From positions 1 to 64,000 of the IMG/VR virus record IMGVR_UViG_3300047388_000292: 64,000 bases of DNA; one strand, given 5' to 3'. Below, piece by piece: positions 54,719 to 64,000 of the stretch. Within the stretch, counting starts at the first letter, position 1. The number at the start of each line of letters is the position of its first letter. The stretch comes from a virus. The position numbers and the translations under genes are program-made. The notes under the pieces were generated by a model. That model had not been told where the DNA came from and ran no database searches. It saw nothing but the letters and a program-made list of their open reading frames with translations.

Positions 54719-55459
54719 CCCTGCGGCCCATTTCCCCCAAATTATCCGATTGTGTTTGCTGCCTACCATCGGGGGCGCTAGGGCGCCGGTATGTGCTCAG
54801 TCGTTTCCCCCTGGGGGTGGGGAATGTATCGATTTGCAGGGCTTTGTACCTACTGAGGATGTAGGTAGGAACATGTTCGAGTGTGCGTGAGGAGCAAGGT
54901 GGGAAGTCATATCAAGTCAGTGGAGAGGCTAGTCAGATGCCTTACAATGGCTGTCTGTAGCCTCACACTGTGGTTCGAAGGTATGTCCAGTATCTACCTA
55001 CCTTCATCCCGCGGATTTCAGATCTTCTCGCTACATGTCCGGTGTCCTACGGCATATGTCCGCCGATCTCGGCGCATGTAGTGGAGTAGAGGTCTACTGA
55101 GCTTAGGAAGGCTTACATCCGCGCGATTCTGACGCTACGGTGGGATCATGGAGATAGGATCAGTAGTTACTACTGTTGATTCTGTATGTGGGAGGAGTAT
55201 TGTCGTGCACATGTCGACCACACACCTAGCCACTAGTTCGGTCTCTCCGAGTAGCGCGATTCTCGACATGGCAGGGATGCCGTGCGGACTACGGCCGGAT
55301 ACTGCCGATCAAGCTAGGTGTATGTGCCGGCCTACTCATATCCTCGCGCAAGGTACCTTTCGGTATCTGCGCCATGATCTCGGTGTCTGTGATGTCTATG
55401 CGATCGAGCTTGCCTTGATCGTCGCTTCTCGAGCCCGCGATACCAACTAGGGAGATCTA

Positions 55460-56563
55460 ATGTCCGCAGCACTCATCCGCAAGTCCGATCCTACCCTCGA
55501 CAGCTATACGCAGCGAGAAGATTGGGAGCTCAGGCGCCGTAGTATGCGCTATCCGATCGGATCGGCCGAGCGTACTGCGTTCGCCTATGCGGCGGATCGT
55601 ATGTTTGATCGGATCGACTATGCGGCTAGGGTTGATCTCGCCAAGCTTGGCCAATCGATCTCAGGCCGGCGCGACGACCTACACACTATCGTCTCGGAGG
55701 AGATCTAATCATGCCCGCCGATGACCGCCGATATATGCCGTTTGAGCTCCGCGCGATCGATGATCCGCGCTACCGTGGGGAGATCTCGCGCAATGCGCCA
55801 CCATAGCGATTGTGATGGATTTCGCACTGAGCATAGAGTCTCGATTGTCTCAGCCGGCGCCGGAATGTATCGCGCGGTGTGCGAAGACTGCGGGGCCCTA
55901 CATGCCGGCGCCTATGGTCGAACCTATTCGGCCAATGACGTTTGGCGCATGTATGCCGATCATCCCCGCGAGATCCCGTGTGATGGCCGATGCCGGCAAT
56001 GGGAAGACTAACGCCATGCGAACCTATATCTATGAATACGATGGCGCCCTATATCGGGTTACTGTCGACTATGCCGGACATATCGTCCGGTTTGAGGAGA
56101 TCTCGACATGACCGCACAAGTTCTAATCAGTCATCGCGCGGAGCTCGCTTGTAGGCTCGCTGAGCTCCGGCGCATGTCCGATCATACAATTGTCAATAGG
56201 CCGGCGCACAAGCGCTAAAGGAGATCGATCGATGACTGAGCTCCGCCCAGATCAGCGATGCCACCATCGCGATTGTCCGCGCAAGCGCGATAAGGGTTGG
56301 ACTACATGCGCCAGACATCACACCGCGGGAATTAGCATCCGCCAATGGAATAAGCGCACTAAGGGGAAGCGATGACAATCGAGCTCATCGAACGTGAGGC
56401 TAGCGGCGAGCTTTGCGCGCTTGTATCGGTCAACGGAGACTTGATCGAGGTAACCCGCCGTTTCGGTAGCTGGACCACGCTACCTAACGAGAACACTGGC
56501 AAGTTTCGAGAGATCTTGCCGGCATATGCGCGCGAGCTCCAGCTTGCGGCAAAACATATCTAG
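55460..56563 (+). other. cluster of micro-CDSs (55460-55708, 55711-55806, 55793-56011, 56016-56111, 56108-56218, 56232-56375, 56372-56563)
   Basis: Most have GGAG/GGGGA SDs or ATGA coupling; early-gene-like layout. Confidence 0.55.
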
Positions 56564-56576
56564 AGGAGATCGAACT

Positions 56577-57215
56577 ATGTTCGGAGACATCACAAACGAG
56601 ACTGTCCGCGATACGGAAGACCGGCGCTATGGCGACGTCGATATGGGTGGCTGGACGATCTACGCTCAGCGCTTCTCAGCGCCGATCCGGGAAGGCTTCC
56701 ACTACTTCGGCAGCTTTGAAGAGGAGACCTACTCAGGGCCCTGCAATAGCGCTGAGGATGTCTGGACAGAGATCCTCGAGATACGCGCGGAGATTCGCCC
56801 CAACGGGCTAGCCGCACTTGATCCGCGCGGGAATGCATTGGAGCTCGAACGCGCTTCAATTATCGCGCTAGCACGGCGCCTAAGCAATCCTGGGGAGTTT
56901 GACGCCGAGACATCCTATAACGGACCTGGGCGATTTGAGGGTGCCGACGATCGCGCGCTAGTAGTCTCGCTGGACATTCTGAGCTCGCACGGCTACGCCG
57001 ACGATCAGGCCGGCTCGACAGAGTACGGTCTCTATCTCGAACGTTTCGGCCGGCATGTCCTCGCGCATGACGATCGCGGGTTTGTCGTGGCATATCGCAT
57101 GGACACGGAGGAGCTCGCACAAGCGGAGCTAGACGCTGAGGATGCGCGACAGAATCCGATTTGTGAGAAGTGCGGAGAATCGCACGACGAAATGAATCCA
57201 ACATGCGCGTCTTAG
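56577..57215 (+). CDS. acidic hypothetical early protein
   Basis: AGGAG SD; GPGRFEG...DDRGFV motif. Confidence 0.65.
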   Translation: MFGDITNETVRDTEDRRYGDVDMGGWTIYAQRFSAPIREGFHYFGSFEEETYSGPCNSAEDVWTEILEIRAEIRPNGLAALDPRGNALELERASIIALARRLSNPGEFDAETSYNGPGRFEGADDRALVVSLDILSSHGYADDQAGSTEYGLYLERFGRHVLAHDDRGFVVAYRMDTEELAQAELDAEDARQNPICEKCGESHDEMNPTCAS

Positions 57216-57418
57216 TCTTAGCCGGCATCGTCGGATTCATCATCGCGGCACAATTCCTAGTGCGAGGCCAAGACTCGACGTTTCTACCACCGCAGCGCGT
57301 ACCCACTGGAGTCTGTCTCCGCGGATATGCGCAGGATGCCGAGTATGTCCGGTCTACGGATACCGTGCGAGTCTTGTGCTCAGACGGTACATACGTCGTC
57401 GGCACCTATCACCCGTAG
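57203..57418 (+). CDS. small exported protein
   Basis: N-terminal hydrophobic helix and a Cys pair. Confidence 0.5.
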   Translation: MRVLVLAGIVGFIIAAQFLVRGQDSTFLPPQRVPTGVCLRGYAQDAEYVRSTDTVRVLCSDGTYVVGTYHP

Positions 57419-57446
57419 GTCAATCAACGTCTGAGGAGACGAGAGA

Positions 57447-57737
57447 ATGAGTAACGCACACTTCACTACCGCGCGGGATCTCCGCGCAAGTCAGACTGCC
57501 GAGTATCGCGCTAAGACAGCGCGTATGGAATTCGAGCACAAGCTACGCGCGATCGATGGTCTACGGGTCTCGACTATGGGGGCTACCCGAGACATCCTCG
57601 CCGCGCGCTACGTCGCGCGCATCCGGAACAAGCGCAAGCGAGAATACGCAAGCGCATATCTGGCGTTCTTACGTCAGGAAGCGACGATTGCGCCAGCTCA
57701 TAACGGTCTCTCTTTCATGGCCGCGCAAGCGGTCTAG
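57447..57737 (+). CDS. hypothetical protein, possibly with a premature TAG
   Basis: Start-associated SD; the frame stays open after TAG to TGA 57779. Confidence 0.6.
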   Translation: MSNAHFTTARDLRASQTAEYRAKTARMEFEHKLRAIDGLRVSTMGATRDILAARYVARIRNKRKREYASAYLAFLRQEATIAPAHNGLSFMAAQAV

Positions 57738-57775
57738 ATGAGACTACGCGCGATCTTGAGAGGAGATGAGACGCG

Positions 57776-57976
57776 ATGACTGATTCTCAGACGGTTTACT
57801 ACGTCTGCGACCGTTGCGCGCATGTTGAATCATGGCCAAGCGAACATGCTGATGAGATGCCTGACCGATGCGAGAATTGCCGAACATGCGCTAACCAACA
57901 CGGACCATTCGAGGATCTCGGCACGGCTGAGGATCTCTCACAAGACATCCTCGACAATCAAGGGACGTATCGATGA
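57776..57976 (+). CDS. small zinc-binding protein
   Basis: CDRC...CENC. Confidence 0.55.
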   Translation: MTDSQTVYYVCDRCAHVESWPSEHADEMPDRCENCRTCANQHGPFEDLGTAEDLSQDILDNQGTYR

Positions 57977-58064
57977 TCGATAGCAAGCGCACACAATCCG
58001 CGCGAGCCGAGACCTTGCGCCGACGCACAGTTCGAGCAATCAAATACGGGACGGAGACGAGACG

Positions 58065-58955
58065 ATGACCGATACAACCACAATTCGCGCCGAGATCGGC
58101 ACTAGCGGAGACTTCGGCGAGGTTACGCTTACAAGTGATCCACACGAAGCTATCGGCGACGCGGTCGAGCTCGAACATTCTTGTGAAGATGCTGCCTGCG
58201 ACATCTCGCGGGCCCTTGACGATGGTTTCCCGCTATGGTCAGCATATCTCTTGCAGGGTGCTACAGAGTGCCCGTTGCTTGACGCTGTCATCGGACACTA
58301 CGCAGGCACGGAAGCCTTGCCAGACTGGCAGGAAGCCGCAGAAGCCGAACGCGTTGCATGGCTCGCTTCCGACACCTGGACTAAGCACGCACACGAGTGC
58401 GAGTCTTGCGGCGCCTACACATTTGGCGATGACTATTGGACTCCTGAGCGTTGCGAGAACTGTCTAGCCGTATTCCCGCGGCTATCCGACGATGAGCTAG
58501 ACGAGTTTGTCACTGGCTATATCGAGTCTGCCTTATGGTCGAGCTCGATTGAGGAAGACTTCGCCCGCGCGCATAACGCCGAGACGGGCGATGACATCGC
58601 GCCAGATACGTCTATGCAATCGTTCGGTCTCACGGATGACGATATCTCCGATGACGCACGCTCAGCGATCGAGGATGAGTGCCGAGACTTCTGTAAGGCT
58701 ACCTACGCCGATCTCTGCGCTTACGTCGAACGTATGGGGGAATGGCACGGTCAAGACTCAGTCCGCGGCGCCGATGCGCGCTATAGCGGTTGGGAGCAAG
58801 CCGGCGGCGACTTCTGGCTTACTCGCAACGGTCACGGCGTCGGATTCTGGGATAGGGGACTAGGCGAGCTAGGAGACCGTCTCACGGCTGCCTCTAAGCC
58901 TCACGGATCGTCTGACCTATACATCGGCGACGATGGGAAGGTGTCTGTCTCGTGA
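58065..58955 (+). CDS. acidic phage early-type protein
   Basis: GYIESALWSS...AGGDFWLTRNGHGVGFWDR...YIGDDG motif recalled from phage hypothetical proteins. Confidence 0.7.
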   Translation: MTDTTTIRAEIGTSGDFGEVTLTSDPHEAIGDAVELEHSCEDAACDISRALDDGFPLWSAYLLQGATECPLLDAVIGHYAGTEALPDWQEAAEAERVAWLASDTWTKHAHECESCGAYTFGDDYWTPERCENCLAVFPRLSDDELDEFVTGYIESALWSSSIEEDFARAHNAETGDDIAPDTSMQSFGLTDDDISDDARSAIEDECRDFCKATYADLCAYVERMGEWHGQDSVRGADARYSGWEQAGGDFWLTRNGHGVGFWDRGLGELGDRLTAASKPHGSSDLYIGDDGKVSVS

Positions 58956-59635
58956 GCGCTGAGCGTAAGCCTCAGAGTGCGTCTAAGGAATGGGCCCGCG
59001 GTAAGGCGGGAGTGTCGAGCCTAGTCCGTTGGTCTGAGGATCGAAAGAGTATCCGCGCCGAGCTCCGTCGATCTGGGTTGCTGTGATGACTAGCTCTAAG
59101 CCGTTTATCTACATCGATCGACGTCCCGGCAAACCGATCGAGCGCGGTATTCCATCCGGTGTTCGAGTTGCAATACACCTTCCCGGGCGAGATTGTCTAG
59201 AGCTCCACGTCGACCCTAATGGTTGCTGGCGCGTCCAGGTTGGGCCCGAGCTGGGCGAGTCAGGCGAGTTTCGCAAGCTTGCCGATGGGCGCCTAATCAA
59301 GTGGGAGCGATGAGATTTACTCGCCGACCATATCCAACGAGCATGGTTGTCTACATGCTCGCAATCAGTAAAGCTAAAAGAGACGAGAGACGATGAGTCA
59401 GTTTCCATATACAGACGAGACCGGTAGGCGAGTCAGGCCGGCGCCGCTGACGTTCGAGATCGAATGGCTTGATTACAAGCGTAAGGTGATCGGGCGAGAT
59501 GAGATCCGTAAGGTGGATCTCTCGGCGGCGATCAACTACGCCTGCAATCAGTTGAAAGCAGCCAAGCGCTCTCCAATATGGGACGCTCACGGCTTCTTTG
59601 TCCAGTCCAAGCGAGAGGAGATGATGCAACGATGA
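58952..59635 (+). other. small hypothetical CDSs (58952-59086, 59083-59313, 59393-59635)
   Basis: Coupled ORFs or purine-rich SDs. Confidence 0.5.
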
Positions 59636-59994
59636 GCACAACTGAGAAACATCAGGGATATACAAACTACGCGACGTTTGGCGTAGCGGTAACACTCGAC
59701 AATAATCGGCCGTGGGCGGAACGCATTCACGCGATTACGTTTGCAGCGATCGATAATGCTCCAACCGACGAGAACGTCTCCGGGAACATCTGGACCGTTG
59801 AGGAAACGGAGCGCTTCCGGCTCTCCGATGCGATCAGGGATTACGTAGAGAATCTATGCGAGTCTGGCATCCGATCGGTGAGCGACGCTGGCCTAATGGC
59901 GTCTCAGATGGTGCAAGCTGGACTATGCGAGGTCGATTGGCAGGATCTCGCGCGCACCTATCTCGACCTAGCGAAAACTGAGTGGGAGCGATGA
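59632..59994 (+). CDS. phage hypothetical protein (GxTNYxT...VDW motif)
   Basis: GYTNYATF.V...LDN...EVDWQDLA. Confidence 0.65.
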   Translation: MSTTEKHQGYTNYATFGVAVTLDNNRPWAERIHAITFAAIDNAPTDENVSGNIWTVEETERFRLSDAIRDYVENLCESGIRSVSDAGLMASQMVQAGLCEVDWQDLARTYLDLAKTEWER

Positions 59995-60488
59995 CAGAAT
60001 CATTTGAGAATCTGCGCGCCACGTCGCTGAACCCAGAGCAGCACGAGCGCACGTGTGGATACTGGTACACGGTGACCAATGGCGCGATGGCTCATACAGC
60101 GTTCGCTACTCGTGCCGGACTAAACCGCTGGCTACAGGAGCGTGGGTTGAGTCTCAAGACTGACCTACCCGCACAAGGCGAGTGGGGTACTACCGCGATC
60201 GTCGGCACATATCGCAAACGCGCGTATTTGTACGACACTGACAAATTCGAGGAGATGCTTAGCGATCTAGAGGGTTCGCCAGATTACCGCGATCGTCGAG
60301 ACCGCGCGATTGCTACTGCGGTTCTCGACAATGCTAACTATATCGACGGACAAATCGATGATGAACTGAGAGAGATACCCGGGGAGATCGAGACAATCTG
60401 GCGTCTCGCCCGATCACTGGACTGTGACTACGTACGGTTGGATGCAGACGGACCAGTTGACGAGACCCTGCCGACCTGGGATTGGTAG
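59991..60488 (+). CDS. hypothetical protein with DUF5983-like C-terminus
   Basis: HTAFATRAGL..WL..RGL N-part; ARSLDCDYVRLDADGP...LPTWDW C-part. Confidence 0.6.
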   Translation: MTESFENLRATSLNPEQHERTCGYWYTVTNGAMAHTAFATRAGLNRWLQERGLSLKTDLPAQGEWGTTAIVGTYRKRAYLYDTDKFEEMLSDLEGSPDYRDRRDRAIATAVLDNANYIDGQIDDELREIPGEIETIWRLARSLDCDYVRLDADGPVDETLPTWDW

Positions 60489-60899
60489 ATGAATCCAGCC
60501 GTAGCCATCGGCGCCACAGTTCTAGGCGCCGTCGCAGCAATCTCGCTCAGCACATCACCTGGAGGGGGGAGTCCTACTCCTGCGAGCACTCCTAAGCCCA
60601 TAGACCTATGCGCGACGAGTCAACCCGCGGCTTACTGCACCGCGCTCGCATGGCAACGCGCAGGAAGCCCAGAGACAACGCCACCGCACTCGGCGAGCAA
60701 GGGAGATCCGCTGAGAGGAGCCCTCTACAAGATCGCCCCGCCGATCATCGTCGCGAAGACAACCAAGACGCCGAAGACCAAGACGAGAACGAAAACGGTT
60801 TACAAGACTCGAACTATCACTCAATACCGCACAACGCCAACTCCAGTCCAGACGACGACGTTCTCGGTGCTGGGAAAAACAAAAACGCAAATTCCATAG
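60489..60899 (+). CDS. Thr/Pro/Lys-rich exported protein
   Basis: Hydrophobic N-terminus, low-complexity tail. Confidence 0.5.
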   Translation: MNPAVAIGATVLGAVAAISLSTSPGGGSPTPASTPKPIDLCATSQPAAYCTALAWQRAGSPETTPPHSASKGDPLRGALYKIAPPIIVAKTTKTPKTKTRTKTVYKTRTITQYRTTPTPVQTTTFSVLGKTKTQIP

Positions 60900-60913
60900 A
60901 GGGAGATGAACAC

Positions 60914-61156
60914 ATGAACACTCGAAGGATCATTAGCACAATCTCAATCGCGGGGTCTATTGCACTCGGCGTCTCCGCTTGCGGCGGACAATCCGGCCCG
61001 TGCGTCGTTCTCGCGAACGGCGGAAATACGCTCTGCGGCGGAACGGCTGCGAGCTGGTGTCGAGCGACAGACCCACTACGGCAATTAGCGGCGAGTAATC
61101 TGACGAACTCCTCAAACGATCTCTGCCAAACGATCGAGAGTCAGTACCCACAATGA
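60914..61156 (+). CDS. small Cys-rich lipoprotein
   Basis: Lipobox VSAC; four further Cys. Confidence 0.65.
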   Translation: MNTRRIISTISIAGSIALGVSACGGQSGPCVVLANGGNTLCGGTAASWCRATDPLRQLAASNLTNSSNDLCQTIESQYPQ

Positions 61157-63171
61157 AGTTTCCATACAACATGATCGAAAAGCTAGAGGAATATCGAGAC
61201 TACTACTCAGTCTCACCAAACTCAGACGCGTGGCGCCGACTTGGCGAGAAGTCCGTCAACGAGATCAAACAGGACGAGATCGCTCTATGCCGACTTGAAG
61301 ATGACGGAGGACCCTGCCGATGACTGAGCAAGACTACTGCCGCACAGTCGCCTTTGGACTAATTCGCGCCGCCGATGCCGCACTCTGGCACGCACATTCA
61401 CTACTCGACGCCGCCAAAGACGAACACCGCGATCGAACGCGCGAGGTAGCACAACGAACGCGACGACTTGGAGATGACCTACACAACGTAATCGAGTGCT
61501 CATGACGATATTCGTCGCGATCGTGCTGACCGCCGATGAAGCCAAGGCTGCGGCTAATGCTTGTGCGTCGGTAATGACGGCTGGCCGCGGGTTGTTTTCT
61601 CTTGGCCATCCAGTATTCACCGCTGCTCTCGCCATCGAAGATGCGATGGTCAAAGCCGGCGCAATGGACCCACTACCACGCCATCTGCGAAACAAAGAAG
61701 AGAAATATGACCTGGGCTGAGACCGTCCAACGCCGGAACCGTCTGATTGCCGTCGCCGCTGAGCTTGAGTCCGCGGAGGAGCGCATCCGAGAAGCTGTAG
61801 TCGCGTGGGAGAAGACCGTCGAGCTCGCTGAGGATCCCGACTTCGGTCTTCCCTGCTGCGCTCAGAGTCCTTGCCACGACCTACACGACGAGATGATCGC
61901 TGTATGCCGTCGCCTACGACTCTCTCGGCGAGTTGTCGAGCACCGAGTAGAAGCGCTGAGGCGAGAAGCTCAGAATGTCCCACAACGAGAGGAGATCCAC
62001 GCATGAGCCAAGATAACTGGCACAAACTCCGAGACTGGCTAACGAGAGTCTTCGGCGAGACTGAAGGCGAAAAGATGTTTGCCGATCACGTCAAAGAAGC
62101 CCGGAAGAACGGACTCGAACTACCACAGGACAAATAGCCTAACCTGATAGGCTTGACTGTAGGACAATTCAACGAGTTGAAGGAGACGAGAATGACTGTT
62201 GTAGATGATGATGAGAGGGCTCGAGATGCTGCGATCGAGAGCGAACTTCTTCCCGGCCCTTACCGAATCAATCCTGCCACCGATCAAGCAATGAGGCTTG
62301 AGTACCAAGTCCCCGAGCGAGGCCACGTCGTCGTGACCGATGTATTTGGGGGTTGCGAAAGGACGATCACGGCGGATGAGTGGAACGAGTGGAAGCGTTG
62401 CGGGTCAAATGACTGACGTCGAGAGAGTCATCGGATCTTCAATCGCTATCGGATTTTGGGCGATGATCACCGCAGTAGGTATCGGCGAGTTGGCCTACAA
62501 GATCACGACGAAGATCATTGAGAGGAGGCGAGGATGATGAGCGACGTCAAGATGAATCCTGAGATCCTGCAACATGGCGTCGAGGCAACTATCGCACAAC
62601 TACACGACTATCCCCGCCGGATCGTCGTCGCGCTGACAGAGGACGAGATCATGGAGTTAGACAGGATGTGCGTCGAACCGAAGTACGAGATGTCTCAGGT
62701 TGTCCGGGAAGACATCCACAAAAAGCTTCGCACCGCGCAAATGGATGCCTTTGTAGCGAGACACGGATGAGTGATACTAAATACGTCCATCTCGGCGAGG
62801 AGGAAATCTCTATCTTCCAGTCGATCGCTGCGTCGCTGGAGAAAATCGCTAATCCTCCAATCATCATGGATGATCATAGTAATCCGATCCTTTTATCAAC
62901 TCTCCCTCAATACCTCGCCGGCCTGCGTGAAGCGCTAGATAGCGCAATGAAGTCACAGGCTTATTGGTGTTCACGATACGACGAAGCAATTTCTCACAGT
63001 CTCCCACATCGCAGAGATCCAGTCGCGACGTACATCAAGCGTTGGCGAAACCGCTACGACGAGAACACCTCGGGATGGATCGCGCTCGACAACCTCCTCG
63101 ATGATTATCGCTTACATGCCGACACCGGCACCAAGCTCAGCGACGACGTCAGAATAGGAGATGAATCATGA
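61153..63171 (+). other. run of small hypothetical CDSs (61153-61323, 61320-61505, 61502-61720, 61707-62006, 62003-62137, 62192-62416, 62409-62537, 62534-62770, 62767-63171)
   Basis: Coupled ORFs with SDs. Confidence 0.55.
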
Positions 63172-63848
63172 AACTTGTAGGTATGGTTTCCTTCTGGGAT
63201 GAAGACCCAAACTTGCTACGCAGTTGCTTCGATGGGATGACAAAGCTTGGCGTTACTCACGTCGTCGCAGTAGACGGAGTCCTTGACCTCTACCCCGGCG
63301 GAGAATCAAACTCTGCCGTCTACAAACACAAGATCATACTCGAGATGACAGAAGCCCGCGGAATGGATCTCCTCCTCTACCGCAACCAAGAGCGCTGGAC
63401 TGGGAACGAAGTCGGCAAACGACAGTTCATGCTAGATCTAGCGCTCGCCATAACGACAGCCGAGGACTGGCTCCTCGTCTGGGACACCGACTACGTCCTG
63501 CTGGAACCATTCCATCCAAGATATCTGTTGGAACATACCGACCTCAACTTTGCCGATGTTTCCTACGGCGAGGACCCAGACCATCTCTACCACGCCCGCT
63601 TACTTATGCGCGCTCAGACCGGACTCCAGTTGAGGACAAACCACTACGCCTACTACGAGGACCTCACTGATGTGATCGGCTCGTGGTTCCTACCAGACAA
63701 CCGCCGCGACGGCGGAGAGAATCCGCAAGCACTCGACCTGACCAAGCTCATCCGAGTCCACCACGACCATTCTCTGCGTCCACAGGAGAGGCTCGACGGG
63801 CGCACGGTGTTCTATGAGCGGCGCGATGAACAGAAAGTGGAGTGGTAA
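63168..63848 (+). CDS. GT-A-like glycosyltransferase
   Basis: HVVAVDG, EVGKR, DWLLVWDTD (DxD), late His. Confidence 0.65.
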   Translation: MKLVGMVSFWDEDPNLLRSCFDGMTKLGVTHVVAVDGVLDLYPGGESNSAVYKHKIILEMTEARGMDLLLYRNQERWTGNEVGKRQFMLDLALAITTAEDWLLVWDTDYVLLEPFHPRYLLEHTDLNFADVSYGEDPDHLYHARLLMRAQTGLQLRTNHYAYYEDLTDVIGSWFLPDNRRDGGENPQALDLTKLIRVHHDHSLRPQERLDGRTVFYERRDEQKVEW

Positions 63849-64000
63849 TGAACAAGCTACGTGGGGAGTGGGGCACCTGGATCGAAAACAAAGATCATCA
63901 CATAACAACGATCGTGGGATGGCTACCAGACGATGAGAGTGAACCGACAAGCCACAAAATGGCGATGGAGTCTCATCGTGACGCACATCTTCTCGTCGAT
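63848..64000 (+). CDS. hypothetical protein, partial
   Basis: TAATG-coupled start; open to the window end. Confidence 0.4.
   Translation, partial: MNKLRGEWGTWIENKDHHITTIVGWLPDDESEPTSHKMAMESHRDAHLLVD

Noticed and set aside
1-64000. TAG stop-codon reassignment
   Set aside because: Capsid, tail tube, decoration and protease genes end properly in TAG
1-64000. tRNA genes, DGR/retron, attP, endolysin
   Set aside because: No cloverleaf, reverse transcriptase, att core or stand-alone lysin recognised by eye; tRNAscan and HMM searches were not run

Overview
This window is a continuous stretch of an actinobacteria-type siphovirus or prophage, with no host chromosome visible. From left to right on the minus strand: a partial tyrosine integrase and an excisionase; a glycosyltransferase/methyltransferase cluster; a DnaB helicase; a MerR-like HTH; an Acb2/Tad1-like hairpin protein; RNase HI; and an SF2 helicase. 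Virion genes follow (12.9-48.3 kb): minor tail proteins, an intein-split distal tail protein, a 2242-aa tape measure, frameshifted tail chaperones, a beta-helix spike, the tail tube, neck proteins, fibres, the major capsid, a decoration protein and a protease/scaffold. Next come homing endonucleases, a LuxR-type regulator and small genes. A non-coding strand-switch region at 54.6-55.4 kb precedes a plus-strand cluster of small early-type genes. Terminase, portal and endolysin were not recognised in the window. The most notable signals are: (1) a class-3-type LAGLIDADG+AP2 intein in the distal tail protein at a Walker-A-like GGK|T site; (2) a promoter-driven, structured, GGA-rich candidate ncRNA of about 330 nt at 7.98-8.31 kb; (3) a readable cis-regulatory circuit made of a duplicated late-operon palindrome beside a LuxR gene, an ACCTAWTAGGT operator, start-associated sequences and a candidate anti-SD small RNA; (4) a probable ACG start for the helicase. 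All protein calls come from motif recognition by eye, not database searches.
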